DNA of 63,863 bases, counting the filler, from Octopus bimaculoides (lineage: Eukaryota), in assembly GCF_001194135.2 (NCBI RefSeq). It is 7 parts of 7 records of this genome, joined end to end, with 100 filler letters (N's around TTAATTAATTAA, not from the genome) between each part and the next. Parts side by side here need not be neighbours in the genome. Positions count along the whole stretch, not along the records: positions 1 to 23,142 come from NC_068984.1; 6 more parts are not named here. One strand, 5' to 3'. Positions 1 through 14,329 of the stretch are shown in pieces (the first letter of the stretch is position 1; the number at the start of each line of letters is the position of its first letter). The notes beneath the pieces were generated by a model. The model was not told the DNA's origin and did no database searches. It was given only the letters and a program-made list of their open reading frames with translations. The position numbers were made by a program, and so were the translations under genes.

Positions 1-77
1 ATATATATTTATATATATATATATATATGTATTTATATATATATATATATATGCATACATTTATATATATATATATA

Positions 78-128
<51 letters not shown>

Positions 129-418
129 ATGTATGTATGTATGTATGTATGTATATATGTATGCCCCGCTGTGTATTTGCAGTTTTTCGGAATCAGAGTA
201 CATATCTACCAAACTATTGAAGTATTCGTATGAAGGATCAGAATAAGAGTTCCGTAAAACGAGCGATTACAATATATTCTTATGTATTGATGTGAAACCG
301 TGAATATTTTTTATATTCGTATGCAACCTTGGATAATCATAAATAAATAGATTTATAGTCTAGGTCCGCTCTTGATTACTGCCCCTCATTTGTTCGTCTC
401 TACTAAACCATTCATACA

Positions 419-473
<55 letters not shown>

Positions 474-533
474 TTATATATATATTTACATCTGTGTGTG
501 TATGTGTGTGTGCGCGCGCATGCATGTATGCAG

Positions 534-564
<31 letters not shown>

Positions 565-578
565 AAGATAGATAGATG

Positions 579-624
<46 letters not shown>

Positions 625-709
625 AAGATAGATAGATAGATAGATTGATACATTCATACATACATACATACCTACATACATACATGCATACATAGATAGA
701 TAGACAGAT

Positions 710-759
<50 letters not shown>

Positions 760-767
760 ATAAATAA

Positions 768-819
<52 letters not shown>

Positions 820-820
820 T
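1..820. repeat. Compound microsatellites (TA)n, (TG)n, (TATG)n, (CA)n, (GATA)n
   Basis: Direct reading. Confidence 0.95.
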
Positions 821-1353
821 GCCAGATTAATTCTGATGTAAGCGTACACGTATGTTTGCAAACGTGTGCGACCGCTTTTATCCTCGCCATCACCTTCCCG
901 ACATGTGATCGTGTGTGAATGTCTCTTCTGTCTTGACTATTTTATCATGTCCTAGATGTTTCTCGTTTGAAATTTGAATACATCGATATGTCGATTGTTC
1001 ATATGAATATATTAAAAGCTATAATGATGGGTTAGGAACATAATATTGCTCTCTTTATTGTGGCTTTATACTCTACTTCTATTTATTATTTTACATCTTT
1101 CTTTGTTTCTACGTCTGCATAAGATTATTTTTACATTTAAGATTATATACAAACATACACAGTTTTTATCATTTATTTCTTTCAGTTATCAGACTGCGGC
1201 CATGATGGAACACCTCCTTAAAGAGCTTTTCATTTTACTAAAAATTCTTGAAGACAGTGCCCCAGTATGGCCGCTGTCTAAAGACTGAAGTAAATAAAAA
1301 GTAAAAGATTAAAGATAAACACAGACATGCGCCCGCGCGCACCCCCATACATC

Positions 1354-1424
<71 letters not shown>

Positions 1425-2888
1425 ATAATAATATTAGGGATAAAATCCAAAATTACAGGTAAAAACTCAATTAAAATNNNNNNNNNNNNNNNNNNNNNNN
1501 NNNNNNNNNNNNNNNNNNNNNNNNNNNNNNNNNNNNNNNNNNNNNNNNNNNNNNNNNNNNNNNNNNNNNNNNNNNNNNNNNNNNNNNNNNNNNNNNNNNN
1601 NNNNNNNNNNNNNNNNNNNNNNNNNNNNNNNNNNNNNNNNNNNNNNNNNNNNNNNNNNNNNNNNNNNNNNNNNNNNNNNNNNNNNNNNNNNNNNNNNNNN
1701 NNNNNNNNNNNNNNNNNNNNNNNNNNNNNNNNNNNNNNNNNNNNNNNNNNNNNNNNNNNNNNNNNNNNNNNNNNNNNNNNNNNNNNNNNNNNNNNNNNNN
1801 NNNNNNNNNNNNNNNNNNNNNNNNNNNNNNNNNNNNNNNNNNNNNNNNNNNNNNNNNNNNNNNNNNNNNNNNNNNNNNNNNNNNNNNNNNNNNNNNNNNN
1901 NNNNNNNNNNNNNNNNNNNNNNNNNNNNNNNNNNNNNNNNNNNNNNNNNNNNNNNNNNNNNNNNNNNNNNNNNNNNNNNNNNNNNNNNNNNNNNNNNNNN
2001 NNNNNNNNNNNNNNNNNNNNNNNNNNNNATATATCAGTTGAACAAAGTTAAAACATCGTCTAGCTTTCATGTTTTTTATTAAGGTATTTAAAAAAATATA
2101 AGTTTTTTACAATGTTGAAGTGTGTTAAATATAAAAAAATATTTTGTAATATTCATAAAGTTCAATTAGCACTTTCATACGTTCGTAGTAATCATCAGAT
2201 TTCAAAATGTATTGTCAAGTTGAGTTCTTGACAACTGTAATAAAATGACTGGATTTTGTATCTCTCAGAATGCTCCAGAAAGCCGAATTTTTGGAATACA
2301 GTTTTGATCAATCCGCATGCAACTTAAACGTCACGGTTTGCCGAGCGTACCAATATTACTGGCATAGATCCTACCTTTATTTCAACCAATTAGCATGCGG
2401 TTTACATGTAATGGTTTTATGAGTGAGCAGACTTACCGATCGTTTTCATTTCAGTTGGTGGGAGTCTACTGTAATGTTTTTATATTCATATGTTTTATAT
2501 TCATATATTTTTAAATTCACACCATTAACTGGTTGTTATATTATTGTTGTTATTTCTGCTCAGAACAGGTCTGAACATTTTAATAAACCGTTTCTCTTTT
2601 ATCTTTCTTCCAACCTCACCTGTGCCATGTAGTTTGTGGAAAGGAAAAATTAGAAACATTTTCTGACCACATGTTTCTATATGTTCGCTCAATGGAATTT
2701 GACGAACATTTAACATAATGTTTAACACACTTCAACATTGTAAAAAATATTCATATTTTTTTTAAATACCATAATAAAAAACTTGAAAACCAGACCATGT
2801 TTTTACTTTATTCAACTGTTATATTATTCTATACACATTTACACAAGCTCGAAAACAAATTGTGTGTGTATACACACACACACATACA

Positions 2889-3290
2889 TATTGGGTCATT
2901 CCATAAATAATGTGGTTTTTTACACTTTTATGTTTTTGAAATTAAGATAAATTCTTTTTTAATCTAAAATATACTTTCCTTCATTTTCTACAATGCTCTA
3001 CTATCTATCTGGTAGACTTACAAGGCTCCTTTTCCAAAATTCACTTGTCCGTGACGAAAAGTACTCCTCCAGTACTGATCTGATCTCGTCTACAGATTTC
3101 ATATTTTTTCCATCCAAATGATTTTGAAGACTGCGGAATAAATGATGCATACATACATACATACCTTGATAGAGGATATGTACTAACACACTGAAAGAAA
3201 AGTATGGTTGAGTTCTGGTTCTTGAGTAGTGAGCTCACCTTTTTTTCATGCACTACATGTGATCAGGATATGTGGTGCAATAAAAATCTG
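2889..3290 (-). mobile_element. Decayed mariner transposon, 3' part with putative TIR
   Basis: HLFRSLQNHLDGKNMKSVDEIRSVLEEYFSSRTSEFWKRSLVSLPDR is a typical mariner C-terminus; TA plus TIR-like end at about 2889. Confidence 0.8.
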
Positions 3291-3837
3291 CAAGACGTTA
3301 AAATTTATAGGATGATGAAGAAAATAAGTAGCTTATCTTCACAACCCACGTGGTCAGTCAAAATAATCTGTAAATAAAAAATACAAGAAACATACATTCA
3401 TATCTACTTGTAATGAAACAAATGAACATAACATAAAAGAAGACAACATAGGGAGACAAGATTTAACAAAGGTTTCGACCACATTGAAGCATAATTATTT
3501 TGTTTCAACAAGTTCTGCTCTATTTAATATTATCCAGAATAAATCAAACACGAAAAGGATCCCATAACTTTCAAACGATATCTGGACAAATTTATTTCTA
3601 TGATACTAAACAAGCTACTAATACTTGGATATAAAAAAATATATATTAATCCAGGAATCGAAACCACGGTCTCACAATCGTGCGTGTAACACCCAAACTA
3701 CTAGGCCACACGCTCTCACTTGTACTACATATGTATCACTATTCAGTTTTATTTCATTTTTCTAGCCAATAGGAAAAGAGCCTGTTTCTAACCTAGATCC
3801 CAGTAACCTTAATTGGAATTTCAACATCAACAGCGGG

Positions 3838-4560
3838 TTATGTATGTATGTATGTATGTATGTATGTATGTATGTATGTATGTATGCATGTATGCATGTA
3901 TGTATGTATGTTTGTATGTATGTATGTATGTATGTATACATGCAGATTGGTATGCTTTGTTTTATATGTCCTCTCATGCATATATTTGCATATCTAGACA
4001 TGATCATATGTCCTTAGATGATAAACTTCTGGAAACTTTTACTGATTTTTAGAGTTCCAGTGATGGCTTAAATCTATAGTCTTCGAATCAGTTTTCTCCT
4101 TTTTGGTTTTAAGAAGCCTAATTACTCAAGATTTAGGCAGATTTAGTGCCCCAATAATTTCAGGTATAAACCTGAACTTATAACCTGGATAGAGTATGCA
4201 TGTATGTATGTATGTATGTAAGTATGTACGTATGTATGTTTTCTTTCAACTTTTAATTTTGGAGTAAATTTTCACAAACCACCTTCTTGGTACCAAGGTT
4301 GTGATGGAAAGTATCCTCTTTTTACCATCATTCCTTAAATCTTAATAATGTCTTGCAGATGTTTATATTCCCAGGTATCGTGATCATTTGTAGCATATGC
4401 ATGTATGTATGTATGTATGTATGTATGCATGTATGTATGTATGTATGTATGTATGTATGTATGCATGTATGCATGTATGTATGTATGTATGTATGTATGT
4501 ATGTGTACGCACACAGACACACACAGACACACACACATACACAAACACATTCAATACGCA
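3838..4560. repeat. (TATG)n and (CA)n tracts
   Basis: Direct reading; tracts are separated by unique sequence. Confidence 0.9.
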
Positions 4561-4819
4561 AATACACACATGCGCTCTACAGGTGGGTGTTTGTATGTAT
4601 ATGTGCATAAGGAAAGCAAATATCTGCAAATTGTTGAAGTGCAACATGGAAGGGATACAACAGCTGGTGCAAGGATGGAACATACTCAAGCATGCTTACA
4701 CTAAACACATAGACAAGAGCATATACAAAACTAACATTCACATGCACACACACATATACACATACACACACATACATACACACTCATACTTAACCACATA
4801 GCAATGATGCGGCTATGTA

Positions 4820-5112
4820 GGCGCATCATTGCTATATGGTTAAGAAGTTTGTTGCCAAATAACTAAGAAGTTCCCAGCAACTGCGCGGCACCGCGCGCAT
4901 GTGTGCGTGCATCTTTGTGTTTGTATTTCTTTCTCACCACTTGACAACCCGTACTGGTTTGTTTACGTCCCTGTAACTTAGCGGCTCATAAAAAACAAAC
5001 ATGTAACGGGTTTAAAATAAGTACTAATGCTGATTTGCTCGAGTAATCCCTTCTGTGCTGTACTCCAGCATGGCCTCAGTCCAACCATAAAAGTAAGCAA
5101 ATTGGTAAAAGC
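4820..5112 (+). mobile_element. SINE family B, internally deleted
   Basis: tttacgtccctgtaacttagcgg...tccagcatggcc. Confidence 0.75.
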
Positions 5113-5123
5113 GTAATATGTAA

Positions 5124-5181
<58 letters not shown>

Positions 5182-8100
5182 CAATTAGAAAATAGAGGAG
5201 AATATGTGGTACTCAACGACTTGCAGACAGAGTATTCCGTTGAATTAATTAACTTATTTTGTAACTAAAATGACAAAAACCACAAAATACAAATGCTTAT
5301 GACACACCATGTTATATTAACAATCGAGGTTACAAATATAAAGTACATTAGGAATCTGAGATATATATATATATATATATATATATAACCATATACATAC
5401 ATATATACACACACATATATACATATTTATCTCTCTCACTCTCTACCTATCTATCCATCTTTCTATTTATCTGTCTATATTTTATTATGAGTCGAAATTA
5501 TACTTCCGTATTTTAAACGATCCATGAATGCAGAATAAATTAATTAGAAACTATGTTTAAGGCAAAAAGAAATACACAGCATATAGATAATTTAGTTTCG
5601 TTTACTTTGTGTGCCTGTTTTTCTGTCTTCCTTTTTTGTCTGTCTGTATATCTTTTACCTTCGTCAGTCTGTATGCCTGTCTTTCTCCTACCTTTTCAGA
5701 TATCTTTTCTGATTTTTTTTTCTTTAAGTTATCCATTTTAGATATTTCCCTCTTCCTATTTCATAATCAATAATTCTCACTTAAGCGATAACAAATCCAT
5801 TTAAATCTCACCCCTTCATTAAAAGAATATATTCTTGTAAATTGAAACAAAACGTTTGGATATTTCCATGAGAGATTCTTTTTAGCAATTCAACCTTTAA
5901 GCGATGGCAATGAATGCCGACATTTTGAATTCCTACATTTCGGAGCATTGTGTTTCTGATTTTGAAGAAGTTTTCCAATATTTCTATATTAAGATATTTT
6001 CTGGTTCTTGATTAAAACTCCTTCACCACTAGACAGTTCCAAACTTCTGAATCAATGCACTAATTATAACTATCTGTTTCACACCCGCCCCCAATCAATT
6101 GTCCACTAAAATATCCAGACTTCGTCGCAATAATGACTTGTTACATAAACAGTATTATATAAGTAACAACCAATTTAATTGATGCCAGTATATTTACTGA
6201 TAGTTAAAGATCAGTATGTGTAGAAAGGTGTAAATGGAGCCCCAGTGATATTTCAATTGAAAAAACTGCTATTTTGTAATCCCATACTGTATTGTTGCAC
6301 ATAAAATCTTGTTGCTTTACGTCCCGACAATTTCCACACATTCAAAGAAATAATTTTTTATACCCGCTTAAACGGCTAACATTATGATTTCATTGAATCC
6401 CAATGCAAAGAAAATAATTTTTACACCATGTAACTCAACTCAGAACCTACTACATGTGAAATGATATAATTAAGCTTGATGGAAATCGAGTAATATATTT
6501 TTATCTCTGAGAGATACTGTTATTCTATGTCGCTAATAACATTGAGAAAATTTCTCAAAAGTTCTTTTTTTTATATCGGCACCAGTCTTCAAAATAAATA
6601 TCGAGATGAGATTTAGAGGCCATTGTCAGTAGTATTAATGGCAAAAATGATATAAAATGCTACAACTAAGAAATAAGACCAAGTTGTTTGGTCATTTTAC
6701 TACTGTCTTTTGTGGTTGACCAGATCGAACATTTTTCTGCCGAAACCGACATTACATTCTTTAACGGTCTTTCGGTCGTGAAGCTATGACCACGTCATCA
6801 AGGGAAATGGTAGACCTTATTCAGCGAATAGAAATTCAAGATGCTACTGTTACTGATCATTTATAATATTTTGCCTCACTCACCTTACATATATTTGAAG
6901 TAACAACATTTTGTCAATAATTTGATGAGTCATAGAGCTGTCTGAATTGCAATGACGCATATTTTCATGTTGTGGAATAATTAACACTTTTTGAAATAAT
7001 ATGTAACCAGTTGATGAATGCGTGACAAATCATGGGTACAATGTCTGAGACCATCAAAGTGAGTTTCATTATTTGTCCTAATAGATCATAGGATATATAG
7101 CACCAGCCGATTGTGAAATTAGAATAAGAAAACTTTCAAATGTTTCTGTCACTGAAGTAAATCAATGAAAATTATGAGTTTAATTTTCAGTTAATCATTT
7201 CAGCCAATGAGAAATCGATGCTAAGTAGTGGTAATAAATTCCAGTAGAGCTACAGCTGAATTGGTGAAATACATTCAATAGTGAAATGAATTCAAACAGG
7301 AAATGCCATCAATTCAAATGGTATGCTAAATAATTGTTAACTCTTGTCAATGTGGTACAAGAATACGAAACAACGCATTCACACATGCCTTACATTAACC
7401 TAAAAAGGAATAAGAGAGTAGGGAGAATAGAGGGGGAAAAGAAGATGGGGAGGGGGACTTATAAATCACTGTTATTCCTCTCCCATACATATACATATAC
7501 GCACAGACAACCAAGATGCTAATCTTTTACCTTTCAAACTTTTGCTCGCATAGGGAGAGGAAAGAGCAGGAAGCACATTACAAAACAATAATAAAAATAC
7601 AAAGGAAACAGTTTTAAGGATTAGAAAATATCCGTATCAAATGCAGAATCGCATTCAAATGTCAATGACAACTACTCAACATAGAATGCAATATACAGTT
7701 AGTGGTGTGTATCGTATCGTAAAATAAAACATTTCGGCTGTGGTACAGAGTCACAATGCACTCGGTGTGATGTTGTCATTAAGTGATACACAACTCCCGA
7801 GAGGACTACCGTTCATATATTTAAGCCGATACAATATAATTTTTTAGATTTTTTGCAAACGTTTGTTGTATTACAATTTGCACCGGCCGGCAGTTGAAGG
7901 GTGAATGGGTAATGACTTGGAAGTTGGTATGAGTGAGGGAGTGTGCGTGTGTATGCATGTGAGATCATGTATGTGTCTGTGTGTGCATGTGAGAGAATGT
8001 GAGTGTGTGTATGTGTGTGCTCGTTTCGTTTGCGTCTGCATGTCAGTGGGAAGAACAGCGATTTACAAGAGCCCAGCTAATTCTATCTTTTCTTTAATTC

Positions 8101-8544
8101 TTTACTTTTCTTTCTTTCTCTTTTTCTCCGCTCAAGTTCGATCTAAAGCGTGTGCATGTGTGAGTGAAAGTGTATATATATATATATATATATATNNNNN
8201 NNNNNNNNNNNNNNNNNNNNNNNNNNNNNNNNNNNNNNNNNNNNNNNNNNNNNNNNNNNNNNNNNNNNNNNNNNNNNNNNNNNNNNNNNNNNNNNNNNNN
8301 NNNNNNNNNNNNNNNNNNNNNNNNNNNNNNNNNNNNNNNNNNNNNNNNNNNNNNNNNNNNNNNNNNNNNNNNNNNNNNNNNNNNNNNNNNNNNNNNNNNN
8401 NNNNNNNNNNNNNNNNNNNNNNNNNNNNNNNNNNNNNNNNNNNNNNNNNNNNNNNNNNNNNNNNNNNNNNNNNNNNNNNNNNNNNNNNNNNNNNNNNNNN
8501 NNNNNNNNNNNNNNNNNNNNNNNNNNNNNNNNNNNNNNNNNNNN

Positions 8545-8591
<47 letters not shown>

Positions 8592-8654
8592 CACACAAGC
8601 TATTTAGAATTTCTCCTTTCTTTGAAATGGCTAAATTGCTGAGATTTTTCTTAC

Positions 8655-8763
8655 GACTGATATGCAACGGAATATTTCATTTTGAATTTCCTCTTCCGTT
8701 TTTTTTAGAAATAACATCTCTTTGTTCCGATCCGTAGTTAGGCTTCGTCCGTAAGAGTGTAGA
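8655..8763 (-). CDS. Possible exon with weak prominin-like similarity
   Basis: tttatgcag acceptor and GTC|gtaaga donor; LHSYGRSLTTDRNKEMLFLKKTEEEIQNEIFRCISV loosely recalls YGRT...ISEKVASCKPV. Confidence 0.2.
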
Positions 8764-8794
8764 CTGCATAAACATGATGCAAATATTGTTTTCA

Positions 8795-8983
8795 AATTTT
8801 GACACAAGGCCAGAAGGGATAAGATCATTACATCGACCCTAGTGTCCAACTGGTATTTATTTTATCAACGCTGAAGGGATGAAAGTCGACCTTGGCAGAA
8901 TTTGAACTTAGAAACTAAAGACAGGCGAAATACCGCTAAGCATATTGCTCGGCGTACTGACGATTCTACCAGCCCGCCGCCTT
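8795..8983 (-). mobile_element. SINE family A
   Basis: Reverse-complement match to the family consensus seen elsewhere in the window. Confidence 0.85.
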
Positions 8984-9883
8984 ATATAATGACAATATTG
9001 AAACTGAGAGGTACTTGTCTTCCCAATCAACAACAACTCTTAAAGTAGTTCAATTTATTTGACGCTATTTTCACTTAATCATCAATCGATGATTTACAAA
9101 AATCTTTACTCGTAGTAAAAATCAATATGAAAACTGATTAAATATATTTAGATACTGTCTCTTCTGTTTTGTTTCTTTGTTTGGTTGCTATGAAATATAT
9201 TGAACAATAGCAATAATCTAATAAATATTTAAATATCTTTTGTCTTTATTTGAATGTTTGTAACATTCGGAAAAAAGAAAACATAAATTGTATAGTATCG
9301 AAAACATTGCCATTGTTTCAAAAATGTTTATCGAAATTTCGCTTTTAATTTCCGACTGGAGCCAATTAGCTTCTTATAAGCAACTAATTCTAAGAGAAAA
9401 GTTTGCACGTCACAACATTCCTTTCGACCGTCTACCAATGTAAGGAATCATTTTCGCGGGTAGTCCCAGTTACTACTTTAGTTATTTACTTTTACTTAAG
9501 CATCATTAAGATCAACATCACAACAGTTCGTCTCCTGCCCCCGAAATAGGCTTTATATGTTGTTTATGAGACAAAAATTTAACCCAATATTCTACTCGCT
9601 ATTTTTTATATTTCTATCAACTTCGAGTTCCACAGTTAAAAACGATTTATTTAATAACTCTTAAAGTTTCTAAATTTTTGTGGCGTAAACAACATAGAAT
9701 TGACGCTGGAAAGAAGAAAGCTTCTAAAACGAATGGCGAAAATTTGAGGGATCACTTTGGCTTAAAGACAGAACGACAGTCAAGTTTGCGGAATATACGT
9801 GTTTGAGTCACACGGGCAGTTTCGAAATTCTTTGCATTCAAAGCTTTTAAAGCAAATATTGTATACGCTATTATTTAGAGCAT

Positions 9884-10066
9884 TAAGGCGACGAGCTGGC
9901 AGAATTGTTAGCATGGCGGGCGAAATGCATAGCAGCATTTCGTCTGTCTTCACATTCTGAATTCAAATTCCACCGAGGTCGACTTTGCTTTTTATCCTTT
10001 TGGGGTCGACTAGTCACTTCTCTCAAAATTTCAGGCCTTACGATTTTAGCAGAAAGGATTATTTAT
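9884..10066 (+). mobile_element. SINE family A, internally deleted
   Basis: gagctggcagaattgttagc...gaggtcgactttg...aaaatttcaggcc. Confidence 0.85.
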
Positions 10067-13000
10067 AGCCTTATCCACTTTGAGTTCCACGATTAAAAGG
10101 GCTTTACAATTATCTGAGAAGCAATATTTAGTGAGAACAACAAATAAAATGTAGTCTGTTATCTTCTCTTGTAGTAATTTCCTAATAGTTTTGTCATTTA
10201 TTACACACAAAGATCTCAATGTTTCAGTTGCCTTCATTATTAATCTGAAACCTGATGCCTCTGATTGAATTAATTTGTAGGTGATATAAGGTAACAGTCA
10301 CCTCAAAGCAATCGAACTATTTTATCTGGTTTCCATACCAGTTTCAACAATTCCACTTCACTTATATTGAATTCTCCGCTAGGTTTCGTTTTTTCATTTT
10401 TTCTAAATTGGAATATAATGGCGTCATAAGTGACAAATGTATGTGTTTCAACTAATAAGGATACATAAGTAAACTATTTATTTCCTTGAAAAAGTGAAAC
10501 TGGTTGAGATCGAAGGGAAACAAGTTTGACGTGTTATAGTATAAGAACATTAATTTTCAGTTAAAATATCACCATGACCGTTTTCGTTTTTCTATGTACG
10601 ATTAAATGCACACCATCAATAATATACTGGGATCAGTGAAATCCACAATAATCTCTGTAATACACTAACCTTATGTCTCAGCAACAAAGGATTATAACAA
10701 TAAGGTTTCAACACTGCATTACAGCACTTAATTTTTCAGTAAAACAAACATGTTCTAGTTTCAATTCCCCGCATCATTTACTTTTTCCGTTAATGCTCTT
10801 AGCAATGACATTTAATGGAACAGTATCTCAAATCACCGATGCATTATTACTTGTTTTTTTTAATGGCATCACATCGTTATAAAATAGTTCAATAAAATAT
10901 GGGGAAATATTTTTATTTTAGTAGTTTCTTATTTTCTATTATAATGGTGGCTTTATGTTTGCCACTCATGAAAGTATCCATAAACTCCACCTTTTGTCAA
11001 ATCTCTTTATATGAGCTGATGTAATAATTTAAGCATTATTAATGTAAAAATTGACTGACACTAATTGTATCGACCACAGTAAGATTAAAGACAAATCGAA
11101 TCCCCGTGTAGAGAATAATGGGGCGTAACTAAATCTATCATCACTTTACCGTCACCACCCCAGCCGTTCTTAAGTAAAATATTTAGTAGCTGACCTGCCT
11201 CAATTTTTAGATAATTTATTTATTATTATTAGCATTAATAAAAATAGTTTCCTAATAGTTAGCCTCGTTTCTGGTCATTTTACATGGTAAAGACGAGGTA
11301 AACAGGAGAAAATATGTTTTTATATGCATTAGATACTTTGTTTATTTACAAATAGAATATAGATTTTTATCTCTAACATAATTTGTAAGAGTTATAATCG
11401 ATTGAGCCAAAAGTATGGAACTGCTGGGAACTATATACATAAAACGTAAAGCTGGCTCCGGTAACCTTACGTCTATAGTTACGACCGGTTCCATACTTTT
11501 GATTTAGTTTTAATTTTGATCAAAGAAATTCGTCTAACGTTCTACGGGGTCTCTTATGTTGCCAACAAAATATTAAACATGTCTATTAAAAGAATATAAA
11601 GAAGCAGAAAAAAAGACTTCCGGTGATGTCTGAAGAACATCTGAAGATTTTAACGATTCTCCGATAACATTTGTTTAATTCTATAATATTCTTCTTTCAC
11701 AGATGAAAGAATTTCTGTCCTGAAAGAAATCAAATCGATCCCAAACCCCTATTTCAGATTGTTTATTTAGTTTTAAAGTGGCGTAAGAAGAAAGAGGTTN
11801 NNNNNNNNNNNNNNNNNNNNNNNNNNNNNNNNNNNNNNNNNNNNNNNNNNNNNNNNNNNNNNNNNNNNNNNNNNNNNNNNNNNNNNNNNNNNNNNNNNNN
11901 NNNNNNNNNNNNNNNNNNNNNNNNNNNNNNNNNNNNNNNNNNNNNNNNNNNNNNNNNNNNNNNNNNNNNNNNNNNNNNNNNNNNNNNNNNNNNNNNNNNN
12001 NNNNNNNNNNNNNNNNNNNNNNNNNNNNNNNNNNNNNNNNNNNNNNNNNNNNNNNNNNNNNNNNNNNNNNNNNNNNNNNNNNNNNNNNNNNNNNNNNNNN
12101 NNNNNNNNNNNNNNNNNNNNNNNNNNNNNNNNNNNNNNNNNNNNNNNNNNNNNNNNNNNNNNNNNNNNNNNNNNNNNNNNNNNNNNNNNNNNNNNNNNNN
12201 NNNNNNNNNNNNNNNNNNNNNNNNNNNNNNNNNNNNNNNNNNNNNNNNNNNNNNNNNNNNNNNNNNNNNNNNNNNNNNNNNNNNNNNNNNNNNNNNNNNN
12301 NNNNNNNNNNNNNNNNNNNNNNNNNNNNNNNNNNNNNNNNNNNNNNNNNNNNNNNNNNNNNNNNNNNNNNNNNNNNNNNNNNNNTATATATATATATATA
12401 TATATATTTGTATGTATGTATGTATGAGTATATATCTTTTACTTTGTATCAATTTAATTAAAATATCACAATTGTAGAGTTATGCGAGCCCGTAAAATAC
12501 CCAACAAAATCTATTATAGTATTTAATTTTAAACTGAATTCAAACGGTACCCATGTCAACTTTGCCTTCCCCTCTCCGAGGTGGATTATTATTATTATCA
12601 TTTTTTTTTTTTTTACAAAATGAATCATTCTGCTGTATCCATCCAGCCCCTTGGAAATAAAATTTACCTTCTGCTTTAGAGAGGAAAATCAATATTATAA
12701 TATGAGCCAGCATGAGTTAAAAGAAAATCATCGCAACAACAAAGAGGTTGTAAAGATATTTTGTTTTTGATTTATATTTTAGACTGATTTTGTTTCATCA
12801 TAAATACCACCAACATAAAACAACCACTATATTAGAAAGAAAGAAAGATTTAATAATTTCTCTGTTCCAGACTAATTAAACTTTTCTTACAAGAAGTAAA
12901 GGGTATCATTCAATGTGATATTTCTTTGAAAGTTGTATTCTGCATTCTTTATTCGTTTTTATATTGTGGAAATATATTGGTATTTCAAATGTATGCCAGT

Positions 13001-14329
13001 TATGAAATACAGTCTTGTTTATACGAATAGAAAGATAGTTAAGTGGAAGATACTGTAAAACACCTAAATATCAAGAAGCATGCAGTTTCCACTCTCTATG
13101 TTCAAAATCCTGCGGGGACAAACTCTGCTTTTCATTTCTTAAGGTTAAAATAAAGTAAGTAAATGTTATATACCCAGGTTGTTGCAACCGACTGTACGCC
13201 TCTTCGGTTTTTGAAATTGTGCCAACGTAAGTAATTAGGAAACTGTTCCTCAAAAATTTGTTGAGAAACTTTGGTTCCACTGGACATGTAATAAATGGTA
13301 CTATTCCAGAAAACGCGATTTTCAGCTCACAAACATCTCTCTTATTATTGCTCGACAGAAAGTATAAACATATTTTCGTCAATCTAATATTTGTTTTACG
13401 ATAACTTTGGGTTGTTCTACTACAATATCGAGATTATGTTATAGAACTGACACTAATTATTATAACTATTTTAATACATCCATTTCAATTTCTGGAGAAA
13501 AACCCCATATGAATAAATATGAAGTAGAACTAATCACTTATTCCCAGATAATTAGATAAATTCCATTTTTAAATTTGTTTTAACGAAATACAATTTATAA
13601 TTTTAAGGAAAAGAAAATGAAAATGTGCAACATTCAAATTATTGATGCCAATTAAATTGTTTCAAATGAGACAGACAGTGGATTAGTAGAGTAGTTCGTT
13701 AGTATGTTGGATAAAAATGCCTTGCGTTATTTGCTCCGGTATTCTTCTCTCTAAGTTTGAATCCTACTGAGGCCAAATTTGCTTGTCATTCACTTTAGAA
13801 TCTATAAATAAAGTACCATGAAGTACTGGTTCGATTTCACTCCTCTCTTTCCCATTCTTGAAAAGGCTACGTGAAGGGGTCACAAAGGAACGTTCACATT
13901 GCGGTTCCACCTATCATTGCATCACAGCATTATGAACACGACAGAAATAAGGAAAGACCCGAGATTGTAAACCTGGCTGCAGGCTACATAACCAGGATCA
14001 AGCGCTTGCTTTACTCCTTTCTAAATAGGGCTCAGGGATTTTCATTTATATAATATTGGTTTCTAGGCTCAAAGCACCCTATTTTATTATGAGAGAGGGA
14101 AATTGTACGTTGTTAAGTTTTGTTGTTCTAATCATCGAGAGTTTAGGGTAGAATATAAGGAGGGACAGATAGGAGGGAAAAATATGGTGAAAGAAGAGGA
14201 AAAAGTGCATAGAGTGAGTAATTAGACCTGTACGTAATAGGGATAATAGCAAAAATAGTTAAAGAAAGAACAGTGGATGGAAAATGCATGCAAAACTATT
14301 CCTACTATTTACTATAATGTGGGTGCACG

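Noticed and set aside
27-893. Long YI/CV/LSIY-type ORFs here and throughout, and all X-containing ORFs
   Set aside because: Translations of microsatellites and N gaps.
5930-6850. Possible piggyBac-like transposase relic on the minus strand
   Set aside because: Only scattered 4-6 residue resemblances; too degraded to call.
13178-13226. Isolated splice-site-bounded intervals (13178-13226 +, 11703-11782 +, 20439-20505 -)
   Set aside because: No recognisable peptide and no consistent phase chain; such pairs arise by chance in AT-rich DNA.
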